DNA from: Iphione sp. A-MEVVRFRX5
Lineage: Eukaryota
Length of the DNA: 64,000 nucleotides
Assembly: GCA_976226885.1 (NCBI GenBank)
Contig: OZ320315.1
Coordinates: forward strand, 36,766,001 to 36,830,000
Direction: 5' to 3'
Shown: one piece after another, positions 47,301 to 60,900 of the stretch
How positions within the stretch are numbered: position 1 is the first letter of the stretch
Layout: the number at the start of each line of letters is the position of its first letter
Notes under the pieces: generated by a model
The model's database searches: none
What the model was told of the DNA's origin: nothing
What the model saw: only the letters and a program-made list of their open reading frames with translations
Program-made: the position numbers and the translations under genes

Positions 47301-47922
47301 TCCCGATCCACATCTGGGTAAGCCCGATGTATCAGCCAGCGCACCTCATCTGCCAGTTCCTTGGGGCTCTGTTTCTTTGTTCTCTCCAGGGTGGTCAGTT
47401 TCTGTACTGCTGTCACCTTCTCTCAACCTCTTCCAAACCTGTCCAGAAGGGCCAGCACACGTCACTGGTTATGCACAGGTCTCCACAGTGGTTAAGTCAT
47501 TGTAGAATGCTCATGCTGCCTCTGTCAAAGACAATAACAATATGCTCCTCTTCATTTCTTCATCCCACTCGCTCACCCAAGCCCATTCCTTAAACTGAGA
47601 ATGCCAGCCTCCCCAGTGCCTTTCCATTATACAGTTCAGGCTTGATTAGCCCAAAGCAAGACGATGGTTTGGAATGCCTCAGCTGCGGTTGGGGTGGTAT
47701 TTGACTCAGTTTGGGCACCCATTTCCCCTGTTCCTCTCGGTGGCAGAGAAATACACCAAATTCCTTCAGCATCTTGTCCCAGTCTGAGGTTCGTTCCTGC
47801 TTCTCCTTGCATTCTGGACGATGCCACCAAGGCTGCTTGACTTCCACATTGTAGGTTAATGGAAGACGGGGGTCTATCGGAGGAGTGTGGCCACTGGTTC
47901 CTAGAGGAGTATGGTCGCCCAT
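44330..47922 (-). pseudogene. Gypsy gag-pol remnant 2 (gag, protease, RT, RNase H, integrase zinc finger), probably nested in the first element
   Basis: Gag-like FFQRAL; protease-like [79 protein letters not shown]. Many stops and frameshifts. Confidence 0.92.
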
Positions 47923-48673
47923 CCTATGATGACCTGGTCATTTTGTAACACAGTGTGTAATTGATGATTATGTGTTGTTACGCTCAACATTCTTTGAACA
48001 GGGTAATTTGGGATGCAAACGTTGCATGTTGACCACATAGTGAAATAACGTAGTGTTACGAGATCACGCTTAACAAGTAGCGGTAATAATATAACGTTAT
48101 GTAGAGTGTATAGGTAGAAGCACCATAAGAGAAGCCTACTGCAGAATAACATGTACCAAGTGAAAAATTTGTTTGTCTCGCACAGTTCTTCGTATCAAGG
48201 CTGATAATTGAACCTGACTTGCGGTGTTGGCTTTTGTGCTACAATTCCCCAATTCCTCTGAGAGCACCATTTGCACATTGGGATGTCAGAGTGGAAGTCG
48301 GTGTTGCCAACAAGAGAAAACTAACAGGTCCCTCCTTCAGCTGATTCTTCTTCTGTTCCTCATCCTCAGACAGTGAGGTCCTCCTCCCCAGGGTCTTCCT
48401 CAGATGGATCACCCCCAACTGGTTCGATCACCACAAAGTCCTCCCTGTTTTCCTTGTCCTCAAATTTGGAAGCCTTGTGTTCTGAACCCATGTCGCTCTG
48501 TAACAAGTAGGTGATCCCCGATGAGGCTACATTGCTGGCATTCAAAACCACCTTGTTCTGATTGTCGCATCTGTGAATCTCCTCTATCAGATCCAGATGT
48601 ATCGCTGCCATCCCTTCCTGGAGACACTGAGTTTGAGTTCATATGGATCCTCTCCATCCAAGCTGATTAGAAA

Positions 48674-48691
48674 ATCCCACCACTGCCACCA
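48674..48691 (-). promoter_or_regulatory. Primer-binding site complementary to the tRNA-Leu 3' end
   Basis: Minus strand TGGTGGCAGTGGTGGGAT, 3 nt after the LTR end; 17/18 match to the recalled tRNA-Leu(AAG/TAG) 3' terminus ATCCCACCGCTGCCACCA. Confidence 0.8.
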
Positions 48692-48694
48692 AAA

Positions 48695-48983
48695 TGTAAC
48701 GTGTCTCTTGTCTTTGGAATGGATGACTTCATGAAATAAAGAATGTCCATACAGTAAAATGATTTTGGTGTGCTCTCTTCCAGTGTAAATGAGAACTGCC
48801 TTTATTCAGGAAAATCTGGCCCTTATATACAGAGACTGGCTCTAAAATTAACCACAATTATGTAACAGTTCTTCCAAAAATAGCAACAATTGAAACCTTT
48901 TCCACCAACTTCTACTTGGAAGAACTTCTAGAAACTTCCAATTACACAATACCCAACCTTTTCCTTTGAGTCAGAGGATTATC
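48695..48983 (-). repeat. 5' LTR (shared portion)
   Basis: Homologous to 35354-35640 and adjacent to the PBS. Confidence 0.72.
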
Positions 48984-49360
48984 CTACAAAACTTATCTTG
49001 GAGGAACTTCAAGGAATTATGTGGTTTATTCCAACATATCCTATGTGCTACATTATTTCTTATGAAAGACAAAGGTCAGCTCACAGACAAGGCTCAAACA
49101 GAATGAGACATATCATTTCCTCTTCTTTTATATAGAATTACGTAACTGCCACATTGCATAGTGGACCAATGAAATAGAGATAATATCTCTATTTCTAGTA
49201 ATACCCAAGTACTTATTACACAGAAGACAATATTTTTCTGTCTCACCTAAGACAGAAAACAATACAATCGTCGTCAGAAACAGAACAATTGTCCGTCTTA
49301 AAATTGCTGGAATAGTTCCCTGATTTTTCAATAATCACATTGTGATTGAATATACAGTTA

Positions 49361-49547
49361 CAGTTGTCCCTCCATAACCGACACTTCCCGTTCCAGTCAA
49401 TTTCATCGGTTTTATGGGAATTTTCTGTTGAGGAAATTAGTAGAAGCTCCAAAAAAGTGTTACTTAAAAGGCACAACGTAATTAGTTAAGCAGTATTGTC
49501 AGTTTGTGGTCGTTAGTTAACTTTAGTTACAGAGGGACCACTAGCTG
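49361..49547. mobile_element. TA-flanked Tc1/mariner (Tigger-like) MITE
   Basis: TA|CAGTTGTCCCTCC...GAGGGACCACTAGCTG|TA. A related right end (gttaagcagtattgtcag...gagggatcgctgta) lies at ~60045-60097. Confidence 0.55.
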
Positions 49548-52500
49548 TACTCAGATGTGTGTGTAGAGGTGAACCATCACTACTTAGATGGAGATCGCGT
49601 CAGTGTTGGTGGACTAATTCTCGAATGATGCCTCCCTTCCACCATCAAAAAGAACATAATCTAAACAAAGGCCCCCTTTTCCCCTGAACATAAATAAAAG
49701 AATATGTATTAAGGTCACCTTGAGTGGCTTGGCATCTTCCAATGTTAGAGTTGTTAGCATGGCCTGGAGGACTTGGTTATATCGGGGACAGACCCTTCCG
49801 TGGGTGGCCCCGAAGTAGTGCAAGGCAGTCGTGGAACTTCTACTCGGTTAACGATGGCATCTGTTGGATGCTAGAACATATCATAGTCGTTCCCTTTCAG
49901 AAGACAAATATGCATTATTTTCTCTGCTGCCACGTACCACAACTGCTGGACTAGAGCTAAATGGCATCTTATGCGGGGCTTCAGCCCTGCTCAACTGCTG
50001 AGGACTAACCTGTTGTGCTGCCACCTGCAGGATTCTGGTGCGCATATACATGTACAATGCCATCTCAGCAGTATACATGCTGTCAGTATATTTACATACT
50101 ATGTAATGCATGCGTACAGTTGTATGTTGTATTAGATTGGCTTTTCAGCCCTAAAGGTTTAAGTTGTCCCTGTTAGTTTTGTCTGACTGGAACTTTCTTG
50201 TCTTGATAGAGATCGGTAGGCTTGAAGTGTGAAATGTAGAAGCTTGCAATTCATCTTTTGTAACAGAATAGCTCATAAGTGTGGCCTTCTGTAGGCAATG
50301 GCAATACCCTTTCCTATATTAGAGCTGCACTTACAGTTAACCTACTAACAACAGTACACACAATCAGACAATATTCTATGATAATTGTACCGGAAAGAAA
50401 AAGCACATCTGAAAACATTATTCTGTTGGGGGTGGCAATGCCAATGAATCTTTCCCGATACATCGAGGTAAGCATTCCTGTCACATCTAGGTAGTAACTG
50501 CCAGGGTTACTTGGTTGCTACTATATGGAAACATGGTAAAACCTTCTTACCAGGGTGTGCCTCAGGCCTCATCTTACTGCATCTCCGAGACTAGACTATT
50601 GTATATGATTTTGTACTGAGGATAACGCAGGCTGGGACTGTGTATTTTCCCGTAAAACCTAATGCGAGACCTCCATTTTTCCTTAATAGGACAATTGTCC
50701 TATGGAGGTGAATTTGGGTGGCTCGGGATGCATAGAAAACATAACATATTATTCCTATCATGTATCATCAGGGTGAATATTCTAATGGATAAAGTTAAGG
50801 GACAACTGGCGTGGTCAGCTGAGTCACCCGCTCTCTCAGCACTGAGATTTGAACCCTATAGCTGCTTGTTTCACCCAGTCTTATTACAGCCTATTATTGT
50901 GCCTATCTTCTGTCTCCTGGGCCAGGAAGTCTCTCACTGTGGTGAAATGATACAGATATACTTTTATTATTGAAGTCGATGTTGCTCCATAGTATCACTT
51001 AGTCATTTGTGCTCATAAATGTATGTGCTTGAGTTGTTCCCTTTCATTTTTCAATCGATTCCCTAGGAAACTGTCCGGTAAAACTGCCTCCTGTAACCTT
51101 CGGCATAGAAGACGGTCATCTGGCCAAGTTCGATGACCTGAAACACAGCTTTGGATTGCCTTGACCGTGTCTCAATAAACCGGGTTAAAAATAGTCCATC
51201 ATACTAAGAATCCATCACACCGTGGGGGGTCGGATGTGCGTCAACTTCTCATAGGTCAGCCTTGTTACTACATGTCATGTTTGTTGGGCATGTAAGTAAT
51301 GTCGAAGATCAGATTCTGTCCTTGGCTTAGGTACATCTATATACTCAGTGCGGCAATTCTTGCATTCCAAACTGAAGATGACAATGGAGCTGACGTATGC
51401 AGCATCATTATTATGTGCGCTCTTCTCTGGTTTCCCATTTCGTTTCCATACCGCGTTCGTCGGTGCGCATTCTGGAGAGTTTTTCTTTATCGTTGTCTTA
51501 ATTATGTCATTTTTTGTACCTATATCATTTTTTCTCTTGCCTTCGGTTGATAATCTTGGTAAATTTAACTAAATTTTCCTTTTAGTTTTGCTTTTTGATT
51601 TGAAAAAGGGTGATGGATATTGATGGATGTTATCCTTTTTGTTACTTAGTTCTTATAAGAGTGCGCCTTTTTATGTCTTGTTTTCTTTTTGTTCTCGTTA
51701 ATTAGCTTCAAGGCGTATACTGCATAATGTTTTCATAGTGCAGTTGTAACGTTAGTAAATATTGGATTCAGTGTTTAATAGCTTTCTCTTTTAGATCCGT
51801 ATTGTTGCACGTTGAAAAATACTAATACATACACTTGTTTATTTCTGGCTTTCTCATACATTTTCTGCGTGTGTCCACTTTGTGCCTGTATAATATGGCT
51901 AGTCACCTGCATCTAGCAACAAATTCAAGTTTGTGTTAAGTAATACTAAGTCAGCCGGCAAGGTTGTTTGAAAGGAAGAGATGAACATGTAGCCTCGAGT
52001 AGAACGTGACTCTTCCTAAGCAAGGATTTCCTCGGCTATCAAGTCAAGCTGCCGTTTTTTTTTCTTAAATCAAACTCCGTTCCATTTGTTAAGATCTCCT
52101 CATCTTACATCCAGCCCTTGGGTTTCAGCAATGAAGCATTCGTTCTTCGTCGCCTTATACCAAGACTTCAGAGTTAATGTGCCGTTTTGAGTCCAACATC
52201 AACTCCTCAACCAACTCGCCCTACCTCGATCTGCCCCTATATCCCCTACCTGACCAGCTCTTTCTCTCTCCTTCTCCATATCTCTTAAGGGTCATATTCA
52301 CACGAATCCAATGCCAAGCTCAAATCGCTGAAGGGATATTCATTGTCCAACATTCATGGTCTAAGGTGCAACAAGAGGTTCCCTTACACATCTGAGCATA
52401 TATGAACAGATGAAACGAGACCTCAGGTCAACTCTTAGACATCTCAAAGAACATTTGAAGGGATATTCATTGTCGAACGTGCCTTTCATTTGCTCACAAG

Positions 52501-52599
52501 TGCTCAGAGGCAATGTTCATTTCCCACCAGTTCTGGTAGCTAATGTCTATATAAGCTCGTACCATCTAAGACGATAGCATTCAGCACTCACCTGCAATA

Positions 52600-53650
52600 A
52601 TGCCATGACACAAGCAGAACATATCAGAAAAGGTCCAACTGATCCAGACCTCTGTTGGCCACAGGCAACAAAGCCTTGCTGATAAATTCAACATCGAGAA
52701 AACATACATAAGATTAATACTAAAGAGAAACGGTGAAATTCTCTCTGAGTCTGAGACATGCACAAACCCTGCAGCCAAGCGATGATGCATATCTACTGAT
52801 TTGTTGACCCTTGATGATTCTATATTTAGGTGGTTTAGCCGTATGTGGTCATTAAACCTTCCCGCGTCCGGTCCAGGACAACAGGAGAAACCAGTGTCAT
52901 TGTCTAAGCAGTTAGACCGCCCTGATTTCAAAGCCACTATTGGATGGGAGAACAGATTCAAACACCATTCAATTAGGGGCATCGAAAGTGTATACATGGG
53001 GAGAAAGCTGGTGTATCTAGATCTAAGTTGGTTGAGGACTGGCTTGAACACCTACCTGACATTCTTAGTGGATATGCTCATGCAGACAGGCCCGTTTCAT
53101 AGGATAATGCCAGACCATAGACTGGCTATGAAAGGAGCACAAGCGGCTGGTGCAACACAATCAAAGCAGAGAATAATGGTCACTGCTGCAATCTGGAAGG
53201 GGCCTTTGAAAAGATACTGGTTATTGGAAAAGCCAAGAGACTCAGATGCCTCAGAATGTTGACATGACAAGCTTCCAGAGCCTGGATGACTGATGCACGG
53301 ATTCAACGGGAGGATGAACCAAGGAAGACATGTAGCTTTATTGTAGGATATTGTCCCCTCTCATCCACATAACATCAATTTGAGTAAAGTCAAACTCATA
53401 TTCCTGCCACTGCATGCCACATTTGTACTGCAGCCCCTGGATCAGGGGATAATCCAGGCAGTGATGCTGCAGTGCTTGTAAGAAGAAATTGCTCAGCTTC
53501 TTTGTGCAGAAGGCTGACAGTGACATCTAGGAGCTTATGAAATCAGTGGACATGCATAGGGTAGTCTGTTGGTTGAGAGATACCATTCAACTGGTGAAAC
53601 AATCCACAGTGCTCAAATGTTTTCAGAAAGCTGGAGTTATATTCCACTTT
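52600..53650 (+). pseudogene. Tigger/pogo (CENP-B-like) transposase relic
   Basis: NISEKVQLIQ...LADKFNI (first HTH); FKATIGWENRFKHH (second HTH); TGPFHRIMPD...SKQRIMV; LIFLPLHATFVLQPLDQGII. All are fragmented by frameshifts. Confidence 0.85.
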
Positions 53651-54231
53651 GTTAGCCTACCCCATTCATGTCCCTTGCTTAACCTACCCTATCATTCATG
53701 CAACAGTTTCCCATAATATACACCACTTAATTTGGAGAGATATCAATTAAGAGATCTATCAGGAAACAAAGTTAAATATACAGTTTAATATAATATCGAT
53801 AGGCGATGTTCGATACTGGGGATATTATGAGTATAGTAAACAGGAAAAAGATACACCTAAATCAGGTCCACAGTCACATTTATTTCTTTGCAAACTATGG
53901 TTGTTATCTATTCATGAAAACATCTTTGTTTTAAAAAACATTTTCCATGAGATGTCCCAGGATGACAAGGCTTTCCTTTCCTCCTTAGAGTCTTATCACA
54001 CTTCTTCATGTAGTACTCTGAAATGATTTCTCGGAGTATTGTCTTACAACGTGAGTGAATATGTACATGTTCATATATATAACAATAGACTTCAAGTATC
54101 TAAAAATACAAAATAGCTCTATTTTTTTAGTCTGGATTACGCATATGCTACTTTGATTTCAATGTTTGCACCACATTTTTAATGTACCTGTCCACACAAT
54201 GGCACGCCTTTCAAATGTATATGTGTAGATG

Positions 54232-54388
54232 CATGCCCGTAGCCAAGGGGGTATCGGGGGTATCATCTGATACCCCCAGAGCAATAATATCTATTGGGTT
54301 TTATAGGGATAGAAAAAAATAGTTCCACCCCTGTGGTATCAGGGGTATCGTCTGATACCCCCCAGAAAACTTCCTGGCTACGGGCCTG
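54232..54388. mobile_element. Short MITE with hAT-like TIRs
   Basis: CATGCCCGTAGCCA...TGGCTACGGGCCTG, with an internal repeated ggggtatc...gatacccc palindrome; no clear TSD. Confidence 0.55.
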
Positions 54389-55614
54389 ACATGTATACAT
54401 GTGCACACATTTTTATAGGCATGTCTGATATTGAAATGCGTTGATAGCAGTATATCTGGCTCACATATTATCTCCTCCTGTTTTTTTCTCTTTATTTAAC
54501 AGTTTTACTAAGTGACCAATCAATGCAGACCTACCTGGGTGTATATGTCCATGTTCTTCTTGAATAAATATCGGTTTGATTCCCACCAGTCAACACGAAA
54601 AAAAAAACATGTTGACTTAACATTCCATTATATCAATAATGCCCTCTACACTTCCCGTATACAATGACCAGTAAAACATTTGTTCCTGCGCACCACAGAA
54701 CATGACTCCAAAAACAGTACATGCCAATGTGTACGAAGTTCGCAAATCAGAAGACATCCAAAGTGTGAACATTTCCCTTGGCATTGTTATGTATAGCTTG
54801 GTGGGCATGTACAGGTAGGCTATCTGCCATGTGCCATGGTCATGTGACCAATACTCGCATCCATGTCCGAAGACGTTCGCCCTCCGCATACGTCATGCAC
54901 TACCTGGTTCATTCAAATAATGTCCAGTGAACTGATCCGCAAACAACTCAATTGCCCGCCGAACCTTACTCATTTTGATATGACAACATTTTATACTACA
55001 TGTATTTCATTTTTTTTTAGGTCTACTGAATTCATGCTCAAGTGAAAGGTTTTGTTTGTAGTAGGCCGTCTTCAGATAAGCGGAGTGGACTGTATATACA
55101 TGTACATGTATTTACAATGTACATGTAGATGCGTGTGTTGAGTACCATGGCTATAGCGAACCGCACACACTTGAACATGTAATAACTAGGTCCAAAAGGC
55201 AATGCTAATTCAGCACGCAATGCTGTGTCTGTTGGATAGCTGACTAACTTCAAGGGAAGCTTTATCACTTTACCGTCACACAATACAGATCAAAAGCATA
55301 ATAGCTCTTTGACAGTACATGTAGAGTATATGGAAACTCTTATATCAGGCCCAAACTCGCCGATCAGCTATTGTGGCCAAACTCAATCCACCTCGCTTCC
55401 ACCTCAGCCACCTGAATTGCAGTGGAAGACAAAAGTAGGACCTGACTTGTCTAGGCTGACAGTGGCATCTTTGAAGCCTCATAACTTGCAAATTATTGTG
55501 TAGAAATCAATGCAGAAAACCGGTATGCCCCTTTGTGTGCTGAAATGTATTTAGTCTATGTCTTCAAAGTTAAATAGTTACATCTTCCAAACATTGAATC
55601 ATTCGTCTCTCCGA

Positions 55615-56788
55615 TCAGACTTTCCACTTTCCCGTAATTGCTGCCTCCAAAATGTATACAACTAATCCTAGTACTATCATCGCACCTCCAACTATGAGTC
55701 CCCAGGTCAAAAACTTCTTTCTTCTCTTTGCCTTCAATTTTGCCTTTGCGTCAGAGAAGGTGGTCACATGCCCGTCTGCCCTCTCGTTCGCGCTGTCGTC
55801 ACAGAGCGGCGAACTGTCCAAAGTACCTGAAAAAAGTGCATTTTAATGAGGCATTTTGTACGAAACGATTATTCACATGCATCAATGTTACTTCCTTGTT
55901 AATCCTCCATATATGGTGCATCACTACCGAGAGATACAATTCACCGTATGAATACTTACACATCTGGATGCATGCCGTGATGTAACACTGCTACATATTA
56001 TTCCACCTTCATTCTTCAAAAATCAATGCATATAGTCTACATGTCCTCCCTTATCACATGTGTGCATATGCATATGGACGAAAATTATGCCTATGGATCT
56101 GGAGACATAGAATGTGTTCTGCTGAGTGTATTTAAATTACGAACATATGTCAAGCAGATGTCTTGTCACCAATTGCTTTCTATGGTCTATGCATCAGTAT
56201 GCATAGAAAACCCTCCCTGTCCGATTCATCATCTACGCATACGCATCTGTATCCATAGAGAAATGCAAATATGTGTATATGTGAATGCTTGAGGGGCTAA
56301 GTATAGGATCGACAAAATATATATGCATCCATATGTGTATATGTAGAAAAATGCATACATGTGACAAGGGCCTTATCTAGTGTAATATGCACAGACATGG
56401 GGTAAATTCAGTCGCGGGGGGGGGGGTCACCTTGGCCATAACTTTTGAATACATGTCAATAAAAGCGAAGCCGGGACCTACTTTCAACTGTATCTCCAGC
56501 AGACTGGGCATGCATGCTGGGTGATATTATGGATAATTCTGTCTCTGCAGGTGTTCCCTCGGCACATGTTTCTTCGCCTGGGATATGAGTGTTACGATCT
56601 AGGTCCTGTACATCTAGCACAAGCTGAAGCGATGCTAGATTCGCTAGTTTAACTTCCTCGTCGTCCTCCCACACGAAGCGGTAATAGTCTCCCGTGTCGA
56701 CATTGCGGTTATTCACTGAATACTCCTCAGGTCCCCTTTCGGAATACGTAGGCAATTCGATGCCTTGATCAGGAAGAGCTCCTGCCAT
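55615..56788 (-). CDS. Two-exon 172-aa predicted tail-anchored membrane protein
   Basis: Exon 56788-56482 (donor GTAGGT, phase 1) joins exon 55826-55615 (acceptor ttttttcag) in frame, total 519 nt. Acidic N-terminus, then the basic stretch KAKLKAKRRKK, a single TM helix FLTWGLIVGGAMIVLGLVVYILEAAIT and a short GKWKV tail. Confidence 0.7.
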
Positions 56789-58223
56789 TTTAGTCCATTC
56801 ACAAGCACACCTATTCCAGTTGTTACATATCTATGCGTACTCCTCTCGGCTCATCGCCGATTTGGGCTTGTAGCCTTGTTGGTGGTATATGAAGTCCATG
56901 TGTATACATACATGTAGTAGGCCTACATGCAGTATAGCTAATCCCAGACTCGTGATGAAGTGTTCATCGTGTTAAGTTTAAACGTGGGGCCGATCGAGTA
57001 ATGGTGACAAGTTGAGAGGAAACATAGATTCTGATCGCAAAATCTTTTAGGACCAAGGTTTTGTCAACCATCCACAACGACGACAGACAGGAAAATAATC
57101 GAACTCTACTTGTTCGGTTTTAAAGCACCTTCTAGGTTGTTCGTCACGGTAGCTAACTAACGAGGTCTGCTGGCTCTCGATTTTTTTTATTGCAATAGAA
57201 TTTTATTTAGCGACTTTGCAAAAAGGTCCCACTAGCGTGTGTTTTTTTACTGGCAAGCGGTGTGTGTGAACCCTGTATTTATACGACGGACATAATATGT
57301 TGGTTGTATGGAGGCCTGTATGTATGCTAAGGGGGACCATTAAAATCCTCCCTTTTCCTATTTCCCTGTCGTCCTAGAAAACGAAATATTCCTACATAAC
57401 TGTGTACTGTGCGTAATTGTATACGCTCCCTTAAACCACCTTGTAGAAGAGTTAAGATGTAACTAACAAGCATACATGTACTTATAACATGCTTTGCATG
57501 ATACACATAGCTTATTATCTCTAATGCTTATATAGCTTTTCTGTAGGCACCACAGGGTTGATGTTGGGGGTGTTTCGTGTAGGTTATGAATTTGAGTAGT
57601 GTACAATTTGGTTGAGTTATATCATCTTGTCGTGCCTCCCCCCTCCCCCCGCTTTAATACGCATTTATTGGCATCTGGTATGGAAATTCGGAGGAATATA
57701 CGCCAATCACAGTACCCTACAAAAAGCAAAAAGCCGGGTTAGCCAAACTCTTCCTATCGCTGTATGACCCCTCTCCGTCTGGATTGAATACATGTACGTA
57801 CATTCGAAAAATGCCTAGGCAATACTGAACAATCTATATGTCGATCCAGTTACGTTCATTTTTTTTTACATCTGACCCGTTGGGTTTCCAGTGTGAATGT
57901 GATTTGGCGATAAGACAACCCCAGTCATCTGATTTGAAGTAAAAGAACAAGACCAAATTTACAGCTACACTTGTTGGCATCTCCAACAATCTACAGATGT
58001 CAATGTATCCCGCAAGACTCGCCATAGAGCACACAAGAAGAGCTACATGTGAAAGTCCCTCGTTCAATATCCAACGGAGAAGTAGACCCAGTGTAGAGAA
58101 TACAGGGAAAAGGCAGATACATGTACACACGCAATTAGTTTGCCTGTACTGTACAGATCAATTTCAGGGTAAATATAGGCCTACATGTAATTCTCAAGAG
58201 AAGGGCTTTGTCAGACTTTTTTA

Positions 58224-58430
58224 GGGCCGGGTTCCATACCTGCGTTGGTATCCGTTGGTGTCCGTGTGCGTTAACATGCGTTTTACATGCGTTTTTCTCT
58301 TCGCGCAACCTCACGCACAGGGGTATTCCATATGTGCGTTGTATGCTGGTGAGCACTCTTACGAACTGAGCTAACTCCCCACCCAAAAGGAAAAACAAAC
58401 ACGCATACACAGACGCAGAGTAGAGCCTTT
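58224..58430. mobile_element. Partial copy of a PIF/Harbinger-type MITE
   Basis: TTA|GGGCCGGGTTCCATACCTGCGTTGG resembles the left TIR of 59323-59965. Confidence 0.55.
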
Positions 58431-59322
58431 CCAACTGATTATTGATCTTTTCAATATACGAACATGTATATCCTCGAACCTTGTTCTTGCTTTACGGTCT
58501 TCGGCACTGTCTAACCCTTCACTTGTCTATGATTGCAGACTACCACTAAAATCATCAACGTTATCAGCCATGAATGAAAATGAACATGTAGGCAATTCCT
58601 CCCCTGAAATAAAATGTGTAAATAAAACAATAACCTTATACATTTTTTAACAGCTTGAGATGGACTGTTTTTGTTGGCGATGTCTTTTACTTTGCGCCAT
58701 GAAGACATTAATGTGGGGAGAGAAACACCCGTGGACAGCCCCAGAAGAAGATACAAGTTGGTAACTTCCTTGTGTTTCGTTTAGATAGATGTAATGTTAT
58801 GTGCCCTGCTGTTTATGTAAGTCAACTGACTCATCGATTAGTTCAACCTTCAGAGGAACGCATATCAGAAATGCTCTCTGGTCAACGTAATTGTGGCATG
58901 ACTGGCTGGTTGGACGGGGGCCGATAGATTAATTAAACCTGCAGACCGAAATAAGGCAATGCATGACGTCCAGGCTAAAAAGAGACAGACGCACGTCATA
59001 CATGCATATGACGGAAATTAATAATGCATCTACGTAGAGCTGTACATCGCATGACTTGAATCTGTTTTACAACCTCAATTTATCTCCCTTGGTTCGAAGG
59101 ACTTGCACGAATACCGGAAAAAATAGCATATCCATGAGTTTGACTTTTAAAGCACAGCCTTTTGATTCCTATATTAGTAACACAGATTTTTAATGTTGCT
59201 ACTTCTTATGGTCAAACAGAATACTCAGTGGATATCAGTGTACATGACCGTGTGTCATTTAAGGACAACCCTCGTAATTATATTGAGAACCAATACTCAA
59301 CTGATATCCAGCGGTCCCCTAA

Positions 59323-59965
59323 GGGCCAGTTTCCTTATCTGCGTTGGTGTCCGTCAGGCTGCGTTATGCCTCCGTGTGCGTTTTACATGCGTTTTCTCTT
59401 AATGCAGCACAACGCACAGGGCTGTCTATTGAGTTGCGTTGTGACCTGTGCGTTTATGTCTGTGAATAACGGCAAATTTCAGGGAGAAAGTACTGAAAAC
59501 GGCAATTTCATGGAGATTTTAGCAAATTCCATGGAGAAAGTACAGAAAAATGGCGAATTTTATAAAGAAAGTACCGAAGAATAGTGAATTTCATGAAGAA
59601 AGTACTGAAAAACGGCGAATTTCATGAAGAAAGTACCGTAGAACAGTGAATTTCATGAAGAAAGTATTAAAAACGGTGAATTTGTGTGGAAATGTGCGGA
59701 TATGTGCGGAAATTTGCGGTTATGAAGTTAATCATTGCCTCCTACAAAGGCTATCTGCTGTATACTACTGTCCGTTTGCTGTCCGTGTCCATTAAATTAT
59801 CGGTCAGGGACCGTTAACTGTCCACGGATACCAAACGGATACCAACAGACCCCAACGCACACAGACACATTTGGCACCCTTCAATAGATATCACTGGTTC
59901 AATAAAAACGGACCGAAAACGGACTGAAAACGCACAGACACCAACGCATATAAGGAAACCGGCCT
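59323..59965. mobile_element. PIF/Harbinger-type MITE with an internal ~31-bp tandem repeat
   Basis: TIRs GGGCCAGTTTCCTTATCTGCGTTGGTGTC / GACACCAACGCATATAAGGAAACCGGCCT; flanks TAA/TGA; gaatttcatg(a/g)agaaagtac units at ~59470-59680. Confidence 0.75.
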
Positions 59966-60900
59966 TGATCGTCTGCTACTCCAGGTGAGTTTGTCAGCTA
60001 TATGAAAATTTTTCGTCGTGGAAATAGATTTTGGAAGTCAGCCGGTTAAGCAGTATTGTCAGATATGAAGTTGTCGGTTATAGAGGGATCGCTGTACGTG
60101 GTAGATTAATGGGACACTAGTGATACGCGTACTTCAAATTATTGCACCAAAAGAAAAGAAGGGTATTACACTCGTACTATTATTTTTACAATAAAATATA
60201 TTTGTACAGGTAAACCTCTCTAGATGGAATACATGTTGACCCATCCAAGGAGATAAATTTTTAAACATAGTTAAAATAGGTCATTCATTCTAGCCATAAT
60301 TTTAGTTTTTTCCTTAATGTTTCTTAATAAATTACTTGACCTTTTCAAAGTATGTGTGTCTATTTGTCTTCCTTTCCTGTTAGCTCTTGCTAAAATGGGT
60401 CGGTATAAAGTGGCCACAGGCTGCCCTGTCTGCACAGAATATTTTGTCATAAAGGAGCTTCATATGGACTGCACTCTTCGACACTGACTAAAAAGTATGG
60501 TACATTACTGTCAGCATAAATCACACATGATAGTACTGTAATTTGCGTATTTATATCTCCTTTGAGTTACTCCTTGGAATAAAATTATATTCCCAAGTGT
60601 CGAATGTGTGTTGTTATTCCCACTTGGTAAATCCTCCCATAGTGCTTAATTCCCTGGCTTAGTAATCCTCATTTGATAATCCAATACGCTACTCCAGTGG
60701 GCTAACCCTAAGGTAAATCCAAGTGGGTATGTATTCCTAGCAATCCCTGAAGAGACAACAGCCACAACATAATCCATGTGCAGACTAGTTTATTGGCCAC
60801 ACAGGGTTCCTTATATATAGGCAGCAGTCAGTCACATGATCATCTCCAATATCTAACACAGTAATTATTTTAGAACGCTTTTGCTACATGTGACCTACAT

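Larger units (their letters stand above)
35354..48983 (-). mobile_element. Degenerate Ty3/Gypsy LTR retrotransposon carrying nested insertions
   Basis: Two ~290-bp homologous direct repeats (35354-35640 and 48695-48983) both end GTTACA on the minus strand. The right copy is followed by a PBS, and pol fragments lie between them on the minus strand. Confidence 0.7.

Noticed and set aside
49614-49900. HYFGATHG motif as a relic of another DNA transposase
   Set aside because: Only one short motif, the following residues do not match the expected GxxDG pattern, and no supporting frame was found.
51105-51146. Hammerhead-ribozyme-like segment (GAAGAC-stem-GAAAC)
   Set aside because: The stem ggtcatc/gatgacc is present, but the CUGANGA core is not intact and stems I and III could not be formed convincingly.
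57834-58130. Hydrophobic 98-aa minus-strand ORF as a membrane-protein exon
   Set aside because: No convincing splice sites, no partner exons and no family motif.
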